Shown: positions 7,031 to 14,545 of the stretch, piece after piece | Layout: every line of letters begins with the position of its first letter | Numbering within the stretch: the stretch's first letter is position 1 | NCBI GenBank assembly: GCA_964386725.1 | Contig: CAYLTX010000024.1 | Coordinates: 1-24,253, forward strand | DNA: 24,253 nt | Direction of reading: 5' to 3' | Source of the DNA: an uncultured Bradymonadales bacterium | GTDB lineage: Bacteria; Myxococcota_A; Bradymonadia; Bradymonadales; Bradymonadaceae | Position numbers and translations under genes: made by a program | Notes under the pieces: model-generated | The model's input: the letters and a program-made list of their open reading frames with translations, nothing else | What the model was told of the DNA's origin: nothing | Databases searched by the model: none

Positions 7031-9400
7031 ATGAGCACCGAGAGATCCCGAGACGACGAGCTCGACCTGTCGGCCTGCGCCGAAGAGCCGATCCACATCC
7101 CCGGGGCCATCCAGCCCCACGGCCTGCTGCTCGTGCTCACCGAGCCCGAGCTCGAGGCCGTCCAGGTCAGCGAGAATGTCGAGGGGGTGCTCGGACGCGG
7201 CTGCGAAGAGGTGCTCGGCCGACGTGTCGAGCACCTCTTTGCCGAGCCTCGAGCCGAGCAGTTGCGTGCCCAATTGGCGACAGCGGGCGCGAATTATAGC
7301 GCGCCGCTGACGGTCGCCGTCGACGTCGAGCCGGCCGGGCAGTTGTGGTTCGACGCCCTCTGCCACCGCCACCAGGGGCTGCTCATCGTCGAACTCGAAA
7401 ACGCCCGTCCCAGCCGCGAAGACACGCAGTTGGGTCAACAGGGGCTGGGCCACCAAGCCGGCGCGCTGCACGCCCAGCTTCTGGGCGGCGCCTTCGGCAA
7501 GCTGGGCGCCGCGAGCGATCTGGTGCAGATGTGCGAGTTCATCGCCCGGGAGGTGCGCGATATCACCGGCTTCGACCGCGTCATGGTGTACCGTTTTCAC
7601 GAGGACAAACACGGCGAGGTCATCGCCGAGGCGCGCGCCGAGGAGGTGGACTCGTTTTTGGGGCTGCACTACCCCGCCTCGGATATCCCCGCGCAGGCCC
7701 GACGGTTGTATCGGCTCAACTGGCTTCGGCTGATCGCCGACGTCGATTACGAGCCGGCGCGCCTGGTCCCCCGGCAAAATCCGCATACCGGCGCCACCCT
7801 CGACATGAGTCACACCGGGCTTCGAAGCGTCTCGCCGATCCACTTGAAATATCTGCAGAATATGGGCGTGGGCGCCTCGATGTCGATCTCGCTGCTCGAG
7901 GGCGACGAGCTGTGGGGACTGATCGCCTGCCACCATCGAAGCGCGAAATTCGTGCCCCCCGCGGTGCGCTCGGCTTGCGAGCTGCTGGGCACGGTGTTGA
8001 GTCTGCAACTGGCCACGCGCGAGCTCACCGAGAACACGCTGCGTCGTGCCCGGCTCCAAACCCTTCAGGCCGAGCTTCTGCGAAGCGTCGCCGAGCACCG
8101 CACGGTCCTCGGCATGGCCCAGAACCGCCAAAACACGCTGCTCGATTTTGCCGACGCTACCGGCGCGGTCATTCAATTCGACGGACAGTGCCGATCGGTG
8201 GGCTCGACCCCCGACGATGACTTTATCGACGCGCTCATCGAATGGGTTTGCGAGCGTGCCGACGACGCCGTCTGGCACACCGACCATCTGTCGGCGGCGT
8301 ATCCGCCGGCCCGCGAGCATATTGATACTGCCAGCGGTCTTCTGGCCATCATTCTGTCTCGCACTGCCGGGGACGTGGTGCTGTTCTTTCGGCCGGAGGT
8401 CGTGCGCACCGTCGACTGGGCTGGAAACCCCAACAAGCCTGTAGACAAGGAGCCTATAGACAAGGAGCCTATCGACAATAAGCCCGTCGAGGCGGGTGCC
8501 GTCGCAACAGTGGGCGATATGCAGATGCTCACGCCTCGAAAGAGCTTCGAGTCATGGAAGGAGACCGTCTGCGAGCGATCGATCGCGTTCTCGGAGGCCG
8601 AGGTCGACAGCGCCCGCCAGCTCCACAACTCGCTGTTGACCCACATCATCGAGCGCGCCCAGGAGCTCGCCGAGGTCAACAAGGAGCTCGAGCGTAGAAA
8701 CGAGGACCTCGAGTCCTTCGCGTACGTGGCCTCCCACGACCTCAAGGAGCCGCTTCGCAGTCTGCGCGGCTACGCCCAATATCTGGACCGCGAGTGTTGC
8801 GACACCCTCGACGAGCACGCTCAGTCCAAGGTTCAAGGCATGCTGCGGCTGACTCAGCGCATGGACTCGCTGCTCGATTCACTGCTGCACTACTCGCAGG
8901 TGGCGCAGAGCGAGATCCAGCGCGAGCCCATCGATCTGAACCGGCTGCTCGACGAGGCGCTCGAGATCTTGGACCAGCGCTGCGAGGAGAGCGGCGCCGA
9001 CATCCGCGTGCCCCGCCCGCTGCCGCAGGTCGAAGGGGTGCATGTGCGGGTGCGCGAGGTACTGGTCAATCTGATCGGCAACGCGCTCAAGTACACCGAC
9101 GAGACCGACGCCATCGTCGAGGTCGGCTACCAGACGCCCGAAGAGCATGGCGAAGAAGGCCCCCTTCGTATCTACGTGCGCGACAACGGCATCGGAATAA
9201 AGGCGCGCTATCACGAGCGCGTCTTCGAGCTATTTCGCCGTCTGCACGAGCGCGACGCCTATGGTGGAGGCGCCGGCGCCGGGCTGACCATCGTCAAGAA
9301 GATCGTCGAGCAGCACGGCGGGCGCATCTGGGTGGACTCGGAGTTCGGCGAGGGGACGACCTTTTATTTTACGCTCGAGCCGGAACCCAAAGGCGGCTGA
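7031..9400 (+). CDS. bphP: Bacteriophytochrome histidine kinase with PAS-GAF-PHY-HisKA-HATPase_c domains.
   Basis: An N-terminal Cys in the LSACAEEPIHIPGAIQPHG context marks the biliverdin attachment region. The GAF DIP motif is HYPASDIP. The PHY tongue motifs are W(A)G (DWAGNP) and PRxSF (LTPRKSFESW). The H-box is FAYVASHDLKEPLRSL. The N, G1 and G2 boxes are LVNLIGNALKYT, DNGIGI and GGGAGAGLTIVKKIVEQHGGRIW. Confidence 0.92.
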   Translation: MSTERSRDDELDLSACAEEPIHIPGAIQPHGLLLVLTEPELEAVQVSENVEGVLGRGCEEVLGRRVEHLFAEPRAEQLRAQLATAGANYSAPLTVAVDVEPAGQLWFDALCHRHQGLLIVELENARPSREDTQLGQQGLGHQAGALHAQLLGGAFGKLGAASDLVQMCEFIAREVRDITGFDRVMVYRFHEDKHGEVIAEARAEEVDSFLGLHYPASDIPAQARRLYRLNWLRLIADVDYEPARLVPRQNPHTGATLDMSHTGLRSVSPIHLKYLQNMGVGASMSISLLEGDELWGLIACHHRSAKFVPPAVRSACELLGTVLSLQLATRELTENTLRRARLQTLQAELLRSVAEHRTVLGMAQNRQNTLLDFADATGAVIQFDGQCRSVGSTPDDDFIDALIEWVCERADDAVWHTDHLSAAYPPAREHIDTASGLLAIILSRTAGDVVLFFRPEVVRTVDWAGNPNKPVDKEPIDKEPIDNKPVEAGAVATVGDMQMLTPRKSFESWKETVCERSIAFSEAEVDSARQLHNSLLTHIIERAQELAEVNKELERRNEDLESFAYVASHDLKEPLRSLRGYAQYLDRECCDTLDEHAQSKVQGMLRLTQRMDSLLDSLLHYSQVAQSEIQREPIDLNRLLDEALEILDQRCEESGADIRVPRPLPQVEGVHVRVREVLVNLIGNALKYTDETDAIVEVGYQTPEEHGEEGPLRIYVRDNGIGIKARYHERVFELFRRLHERDAYGGGAGAGLTIVKKIVEQHGGRIWVDSEFGEGTTFYFTLEPEPKGG
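8432..8491 (+). repeat. In-frame tandem repeat (~15-bp units) encoding KPVD-KEPID-KEPID-NKPVE, located inside the PHY-domain tongue of bphP.
   Basis: The sequence is AAGCCTGTAGAC AAGGAGCCTATAGAC AAGGAGCCTATCGAC AATAAGCCCGTCGAG. It is locally AT-rich with rare codons (ATA, GTA, AAT) for this genome. Confidence 0.8.
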
Positions 9401-9436
9401 GCCATCTTCGTCGTTGTCTTCTTAGAGGGATTCCCG

Positions 9437-10591
9437 ATGACCTACGAATCGCCCCTTCACATCCTCATCGTCGACGATTGGCCCGAGCATCGGCAGGCGC
9501 TCAAGCGCGAGTTGTTGGTGGGCTTCGAGCGTCGACTCGACTTCACCGAGGCCGCAACGGGCGAAGGGGCGCTGGCGCTGGATTGCCTGCGAGCCGGCCG
9601 CCGGCCTGACGTGATGCTGCTCGACGTCAATCTGCCCGATTTGAGCGCCTTCGAGGTCCTCGAAGAGCTCGCCGAAAGGCACGGCCGGGTCGACCTTCCG
9701 GTGGTGACCTTGACCAGCGCCGCCGACCATCAGAAGGCAACCAGCGCCCTCGAGGCAGGCGCCCAGGACTTCCTCGACAAGTCCCACGTCGACGCCGAGT
9801 TGCTCACGCGGGTGGTGCGCAACTCCATCGATCGCTTTCGCCTGCTCGAGAAGGTCCACGCCAGCGAGGAGCGGTTTCGCCGATTTCTGGCCTATATGAG
9901 CCACGAGATCCGCACACCGATGACCGCGATCCTGAGCTACGCCGAGCTGTTGAACTTCCGGCTCGACGAGCCCGAGGCCCTGCAGTACGTCGGCACCATC
10001 ATGCGCAACGGCGAATATCTCATCGAGATCATCAACGACATCCTCGATCTGTCCAAGATCGAGGCCGGCCACCTCGAGATCGACCCCCAGCAGTTCTCTC
10101 TGCCCGAACTGGTCGAGGACGTCGTCTCCTTGATGCAGGTGCGCGCCGAGGAGAATTCGCTGCCGCTGCATGTCGAGTACGACGGGCTCATCCCCGAGAC
10201 CATCGTGAGCGACCCGGTGCGCCTGCGCCAGGTGCTGGTCAACTTGCTCGGAAACGCCATCAAATTCACCGAGGACGGCGAGGTGCGCCTGCGGGTGGCC
10301 ACGGCCTCTCACCAACTCGACCGGATCGTCTTCGAGGTCACCGATACCGGCATCGGGATGACCCAGGACCAGGTCGATCGCCTCTTCGAGCCCTTCCAGC
10401 AGGGCGACGCCTCGGTCACTCGCCGCTTTGGCGGCACCGGCCTGGGATTGGCCATCAGCAAGCGGCTGGTCGACCGGCTCGGCGGCGACATCGAAGTCGA
10501 AAGCGAATTTGGCCGCGGCAGTTCGTTTCGCTTCTGGATCGACAGCGGCCCGGTGGCCAGGACCTCGCTGGTCGCCCCGCCGGGGCGCTGA
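9437..10591 (+). CDS. Hybrid response-regulator receiver / histidine kinase (REC-HisKA-HATPase_c), the last gene of the phytochrome operon.
   Basis: The REC domain shows ILIVDD, LLDVNLPD (phospho-Asp), VVTLTS and DFLDKS. The H-box is YMSHEIRTPMTAI. HATPase motifs are LLGNAIKFT, DTGIGM and GGTGLGLAISKRLV. The RBS AGAGGGA lies ~7 nt upstream. Confidence 0.88.
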   Translation: MTYESPLHILIVDDWPEHRQALKRELLVGFERRLDFTEAATGEGALALDCLRAGRRPDVMLLDVNLPDLSAFEVLEELAERHGRVDLPVVTLTSAADHQKATSALEAGAQDFLDKSHVDAELLTRVVRNSIDRFRLLEKVHASEERFRRFLAYMSHEIRTPMTAILSYAELLNFRLDEPEALQYVGTIMRNGEYLIEIINDILDLSKIEAGHLEIDPQQFSLPELVEDVVSLMQVRAEENSLPLHVEYDGLIPETIVSDPVRLRQVLVNLLGNAIKFTEDGEVRLRVATASHQLDRIVFEVTDTGIGMTQDQVDRLFEPFQQGDASVTRRFGGTGLGLAISKRLVDRLGGDIEVESEFGRGSSFRFWIDSGPVARTSLVAPPGR

Positions 10592-10612
10592 GCCTCAGTC
10601 GCTCGTATAATC

Positions 10613-11506
10613 TCACTCGCCCGTATAGGGAGGATCGCCCGGTGAACGATAGCGATCGAGCGGGCTACGCTTCGCGTCGCTGCCAAAGTACCAGCCGCTG
10701 CCCCCCGGCTCGCCGAAGAGCAGATGAAGCTGGGCGCGCGTGCCTTCCTCGGGCGGCTTCATGCCCAGGTCGGCGGGCTCGGCGTCCCGTCGCTCGGCCA
10801 TCGGGCGGGTCAGATCGGTCTCGATAAAGCCGGGCGTGCAGGCGTTGATGGTCAGCTCGGGATGCTCGCGGGCCAGCGCGATGGTGTAGGCGTTCAGGCA
10901 GGCCTTCGACAGGCCGTAGGCCGAGTCGCTCGGCAGCCCGGCGGACTCGAAGTCGCCGTCGCCCTTTTCGATGGCCAGACACTCCTCCATGAGCGCTTCT
11001 ACCTGCTCCCATGTCACCTCCGGGTCGGTCAGTTGTCGCTGGCGCTCGGGGCTGCACTCGGCGACGAAGTTCGGCCCGGAGGCCGACGAGACGTTGACGA
11101 TGCGCCCGTCAGGGTCCGTCAGCAGCGGCAAGAAGGCCTCACAGACCCGATGCGGGCCGCGCACGTTGATATTGAGCACGGTCTCCATCGGGTAGCCGTA
11201 GTCGCCGATGCCGGCGTTGTTGACCACGCCGTAAAGCGCGTCGTCGCCGAGCGTCGCGGCGACCGCCTCGGCCGCGCCCGCCACCGACGCGTCGTCGGCG
11301 ACGTCCAGTTGGACCACCTCGATTCGATCGGCGGCCTCGGGTCGGTCGGCCACGAGCTCGTCGCGGGCTGTCTCACCGCGCTCGACCGAGCGGGAGCCGA
11401 GGAAGACGAACGTGTCGTCGCGCGCGTCGAGAATGGCGGCGACCGTCGCGCGGCCGATGCCTCGATTGGCGCCGGTGACGAGGATATATCTGGTGTTCTG
11501 GGACAT
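10613..11506 (-). CDS. Short-chain dehydrogenase/reductase (SDR) family NAD(P)-dependent oxidoreductase.
   Basis: The N-terminal ILVTGANRGIGRA is a Rossmann TGxxxGxG motif. The catalytic YxxxK appears as YGLSKACLNAY. NAG (VNNAGI) is present. Confidence 0.9.
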   Translation of the reverse strand: MSQNTRYILVTGANRGIGRATVAAILDARDDTFVFLGSRSVERGETARDELVADRPEAADRIEVVQLDVADDASVAGAAEAVAATLGDDALYGVVNNAGIGDYGYPMETVLNINVRGPHRVCEAFLPLLTDPDGRIVNVSSASGPNFVAECSPERQRQLTDPEVTWEQVEALMEECLAIEKGDGDFESAGLPSDSAYGLSKACLNAYTIALAREHPELTINACTPGFIETDLTRPMAERRDAEPADLGMKPPEEGTRAQLHLLFGEPGGSGWYFGSDAKRSPLDRYRSPGDPPYTGE

Positions 11507-11595
11507 GATGGGTATGCCGGTTGTGAGGGTTGTGGATGATTGGAGATATTGTGCAGGCCGCGACGATAGCGCCTCGGAGGCGCTTCGTTCAAGCT

Positions 11596-11885
11596 TGCGC
11601 GGAGGTCGCTGAGGCGCGGAGGTCGCTGAGGCTCTGAATCGCGGAGGTCGCTGAATCGCGGAGGTCGCTGAAGGCTGGAGCGCTAATCGCGGAGTAGCTG
11701 AAGAAGACGCGAAGGCACGCGAAAAGAGCTGAAAAAGGCCGCCCGTTGCGGCTCGGTGGTCGGTTTGGGAGGTCTTCAGTGCCTTTCGAGGGACTCAGCG
11801 GTGTCTTCAGCTTTTTGCGATCAGTGTTCAGCCCCTCCGCGAGATCTGCGTCTCTGAGTTTCAGAACCTCCGAGTTCACCGAAGC
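11596..11885. repeat. Copy 1 of a ~270-bp dispersed repeat with an internal imperfect palindrome. It contains 4 tandem CGCGGAGGTCGCTGA units.
   Basis: It aligns at roughly 85% identity (my estimate) with 14284-14545. Shared blocks are CGCGGAGTAGCTGAAGA..GCGAAGGCACGCGAAAAGAGCTGAA..GGGAGGTCTTCAGTGCCTTTCG..TCAGCGG.GTCTTCAGC..GTTCAGCC..GCGAGATCTG.GTCTC.GAGT. The GCTGAAG and CTTCAGC halves form inverted arms. Confidence 0.8.
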
Positions 11886-12466
11886 CGCCAGTCGAAGGCC
11901 AGCTTATAGCTCAGGTTATTATAATCCATGCGCGGGTGGTCGAAGGATAATTTGAGGCCCTCCCGAGCGGCCATCGGGCAGCACAGCCGGCCCTGGCGCT
12001 CGATGACCCGGAAGGTCTTCTCGCCGGGCTCGGAGACCGACAGGCCCATATAGACGTCGGCGGCGACCGCGTCGACGGCGACCGTCTCCACGCGGCCGGT
12101 GTAATTATAGTCGTAGACGCTGACCTCCTCGTTTTCGACGACGGCCTCGGCCTGCTCGCGGCCGCTGGTGCACTGAGCGCCATATTGAGACAGCGGCTCG
12201 TCGTAGCGCCGCGCGTTGCGAATGATCACGTCGGCGCAGGTCTCCCCGTCGTCGACCACCGACAACAACGCCTCGTCGAGGACCGCGGCGTGCCGGATGT
12301 CCCCGGGCACCTCCTCGACCATATCAGCCGAGCGAAAATACCCCTCGAGCTTGGCGTATTTGGTGCCCACCTGCTCCGAGCTGATATCCCGGCTGACGGT
12401 GTGATTACACGCCGCAGCGAGTACGACAAATAGCAGGAGCAGAGCGCAGATATTGTGAGATTTCAC
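11876..12466 (-). CDS. Predicted lipoprotein of unknown function. The preferred start is GTG at 12466; the six-frame track extends it to an ATG at 12700.
   Basis: A signal peptide plus lipobox reads (V/M)KSHNICALLLLFVVLAAAC|NHT, with the sequence GAGG 6 nt upstream of the GTG start. The region 12467-12710 is AT-richer and looks like a divergent intergenic region. The C-terminal part has no recognisable domain. Confidence 0.5.
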   Translation of the reverse strand: MKSHNICALLLLFVVLAAACNHTVSRDISSEQVGTKYAKLEGYFRSADMVEEVPGDIRHAAVLDEALLSVVDDGETCADVIIRNARRYDEPLSQYGAQCTSGREQAEAVVENEEVSVYDYNYTGRVETVAVDAVAADVYMGLSVSEPGEKTFRVIERQGRLCCPMAAREGLKLSFDHPRMDYNNLSYKLAFDWRLR

Positions 12467-12710
12467 GGCGAGCCTCGATGATGGGGAATAGTTGCGTAAT
12501 TCGACTTTTCTGCGAGCTAATATTGATGAAACGGGGTTCGCGATCAAGCCGTGAGGCGGACCGCCCACGTCATCAGACCTTCTCTTGGGTCGGGGGCGTC
12601 TGATAGGTTCTCGACCGGATAGCAATGTGCTGAGATGGGTCCAGTAGAATCTCAAATTTTCGCACTCTCTTCGGCCCATCCACGGCGAACCAACAATCAA
12701 AAAGGAGCAT

Positions 12711-13214
12711 ATGAAGCTCAGGATCCGAGACGCGTTGCACCTCGCAGGTCATTATGTCGTCGCTCCCATCGAGGAGCTCTCCGAGAAAGTCCCCGAGGCC
12801 AACGAGCAGGTGGTCGAGCGGCTCGACGAAGTCGACGGCCGCACCGGCGAGCACCTGCTGAGTGTGTCGCTGGGCGTAGAGGACGGCGTCTACACGCAAT
12901 TTGTGGGTGTCGAGGTCGAGGCGGACGCCGAGCCGCCCGCGGGCATGGACAAACTCGACCTGCCGTCGGCCCGATGGGTCCAATTTACCCACCACGGCCC
13001 GGTCGAAGGCATCGGCAGCAGCCTTTATACGATGCGCCAGTGGGCCGACCAAAACGACCACCCCACCGAGCACGTCTTCGTCGAGTTCCACCCGCTCGAC
13101 GGCGACGGGCCCATCGAGTTGTTGGTCCGGCTGGATCGCGAAGCGCAGGGGAGCAAAGGCGCGGAGGGCGCCGAGGCGCCGGAGGAGGAGGTGCTGAGTT
13201 CGGAAGAGCTGTAG
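12711..13214 (+). CDS. GyrI-like / AraC-effector-binding-like small-molecule-binding domain protein with an acidic C-terminal tail.
   Basis: A strong RBS (AAAGGAG) precedes the ATG. The translation has a GyrI-like pattern (ARWVQFTHHGPVEGIGSSLYTMRQWADQN...VFVEFHP). The family assignment rests on motif resemblance only. Confidence 0.6.
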   Translation: MKLRIRDALHLAGHYVVAPIEELSEKVPEANEQVVERLDEVDGRTGEHLLSVSLGVEDGVYTQFVGVEVEADAEPPAGMDKLDLPSARWVQFTHHGPVEGIGSSLYTMRQWADQNDHPTEHVFVEFHPLDGDGPIELLVRLDREAQGSKGAEGAEAPEEEVLSSEEL

Positions 13215-13298
13215 ATTGATCTGAGCGGCGCGTGGTGGCTGGGCGGGCGAACACGTGGCTTAATTTTTGTGATGGTGGTCAGAATGCGCGTGGAAGCC

Positions 13299-13346
13299 AG
13301 GTTGACCCTACCCCCGCGGCCTTGCGCCCGGGGAAAGGGTCAACCT
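13299..13346. terminator. Strong hairpin (11-bp perfect stem AGGTTGACCCT / AGGGTCAACCT, 26-nt GC-rich loop) between the convergent GyrI-like and HepT genes. It is a candidate bidirectional terminator.
   Basis: It is seen directly. There is no clean U-tract, which is common in high-GC genomes, so confidence is low. Confidence 0.3.
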
Positions 13347-13365
13347 TGCTCCCCCGCAACCTTCT

Positions 13366-13791
13366 CTACGCCGCCACTGTAAGATCGAGGATGGTACGCG
13401 AATATCGACGCAGATCGTCGAGGTGATTTTCGACGATGTCGCGCACGATCTCATTGTCGAGCGTGCCGTAGGCGTGGACGGCGATATTTCGAAAGCCGAC
13501 CATCGAAATCAACGTGGCCGTGAAGTCCTCGTCCAAGATCTGACGGTCTCTGAGCATCTCGAAGGCCTGCGCAGCGCTCTTCGGTGTGGCCCATGCATTC
13601 TCGGCGATGAGGTGATTGGCGAGGTCGATGCTCGCCTCGACGGCGCGCTGGAGGTAGAGCGCGCAGAGGTCGTCGACGATCCACGGCTCGAGGGCGGCCT
13701 TTGGGCCGGTCACCTGCTCGATGCGCTTGAGGGCCTCGTCGATATTGGCCAGCTTCCCCAATACGATATCTTCGTCGTGGTCGAGGCTCAT
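13366..13791 (-). CDS. hepT: HepT-family HEPN-domain toxin (DUF86) of a HepT/MntA toxin-antitoxin pair.
   Basis: The Rx4HxY motif reads FRNIAVHAY. The start ATG overlaps the MntA stop in an ATGA arrangement (13788-13791). The extended 290-aa ORF in the track is a frame artefact. Confidence 0.85.
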   Translation of the reverse strand: MSLDHDEDIVLGKLANIDEALKRIEQVTGPKAALEPWIVDDLCALYLQRAVEASIDLANHLIAENAWATPKSAAQAFEMLRDRQILDEDFTATLISMVGFRNIAVHAYGTLDNEIVRDIVENHLDDLRRYSRTILDLTVAA

Positions 13792-14207
13792 GAGCGAATC
13801 CTTCGGATGAGCGCCTCGTCGATGGGGCGGCGAAGATGCTTCCAGTCCTCGTAGATGGACGGCGTGTACATCTTGAACTCGGCCAGCGCGCGCTCGTCGC
13901 GGCAGACGATGAGCCGACCGCGCCGCAGGACCTGCATGTTCAGGATGGCGCCGGCGTCGAGCAGGTCGACCAGGTCGACTGTGCGGCCGACGACGGATGC
14001 CAGGCGCCCGGACAGCTCCATGAGCTCGTCGACTTCGAGGCGGCGGCCGGCGTCGACGGCGATGTCGAAGTCGCTGTCCGGCCCCAGACGATCGGCCGCG
14101 GCCGAGCCAAATACGTAAGCAAAGCGCAGCTCGGGGAGGTGCTCGGTGAGTGTTGAGGCGATCTCGTCGGCGCGGTCGATCTTTGGTTGTGGCTGCTCTG
14201 AGGTCAT
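13788..14207 (-). CDS. mntA: MntA-family nucleotidyltransferase antitoxin (minimal NTase).
   Basis: The GSx10DxD motif reads FGSAAADRLGPDSDFDIAV. It lies upstream of and overlaps hepT. Confidence 0.85.
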   Translation of the reverse strand: MTSEQPQPKIDRADEIASTLTEHLPELRFAYVFGSAAADRLGPDSDFDIAVDAGRRLEVDELMELSGRLASVVGRTVDLVDLLDAGAILNMQVLRRGRLIVCRDERALAEFKMYTPSIYEDWKHLRRPIDEALIRRIRS

Positions 14208-14283
14208 CGTGGCGCCGGCTGTTGGGTGAAAGGCTCACTCTAACTTCAAATTAGCACCAACACTACACGCGGACAATGTTTGG

Positions 14284-14545
14284 AGGCGCGGAGGCCGCTG
14301 AAACGCTGAAACGCCGAGGTCGCTGAAGGCCGGAAGCGCTGACCGCGGAGTAGCTGAAGACACCGCGAAGGCACGCGAAAAGAGCTGAAGACGGCCGTAC
14401 ATTGCAGCTATGTGGTCGGGTCGGGAGGTCTTCAGTGCCTTTCGCGGGATTCAGCGGGGTCTTCAGCCTTTCGCGATTAGCGTTCAGCCACTCTGCGAGA
14501 TCTGAGTCTCCGAGTCTCTGAGTCTCCGAGTCTCCGAGCCTCCGC
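14284..14545. repeat. Copy 2 of the ~270-bp dispersed palindromic repeat. It ends in 5 tandem 8-mers (GAGTCTCC-like) abutting the stop codon of the 1789-aa gene.
   Basis: It is homologous to 11596-11885 in the same orientation. The microsatellite CTGAGTCTCCGAGTCTCTGAGTCTCCGAGTCTCCGAGCCTCCG lies at 14500-14543. Confidence 0.8.

Noticed and set aside
6548-8320. 590-aa minus-strand ORF spanning bphO and bphP
   Set aside because: It is antisense to two genes with strong, specific motifs (heme oxygenase; phytochrome DIP, PRxSF and H-box). Its start lies inside bphP and it has no motifs.
9422-10315. 297-aa minus-strand ORF, and the 10724..11539 plus-strand ORF
   Set aside because: They are antisense to the hybrid receiver/HK and SDR genes respectively, whose motifs are clear. 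Both are GC-frame artefacts.
11589-11955. 96-aa minus-strand and 69-aa plus-strand ORFs inside repeat copy 1
   Set aside because: They are generated by the tandem 15-mer repeats (SDLR.SATSA periodicity). The homologous repeat copy 2 has no matching ORF, so the element is judged non-coding.
12573-13219. Minus-strand 172-aa ORF and plus-strand 194-aa Arg-rich ORF overlapping the GyrI-like gene
   Set aside because: The plus-strand frame 12711..13214 has a strong RBS and a coherent domain-like sequence. The others are antisense or alternate-frame artefacts.
13366-14238. Single 290-aa ORF in the track covering the whole HepT/MntA region
   Set aside because: It is a chimera. Its N-terminal 150 aa are an out-of-frame Arg/Pro-rich read-through overlapping mntA. 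The real HepT starts at the internal Met (MSLDHDED) at 13791, with an ATGA overlap with the mntA stop.
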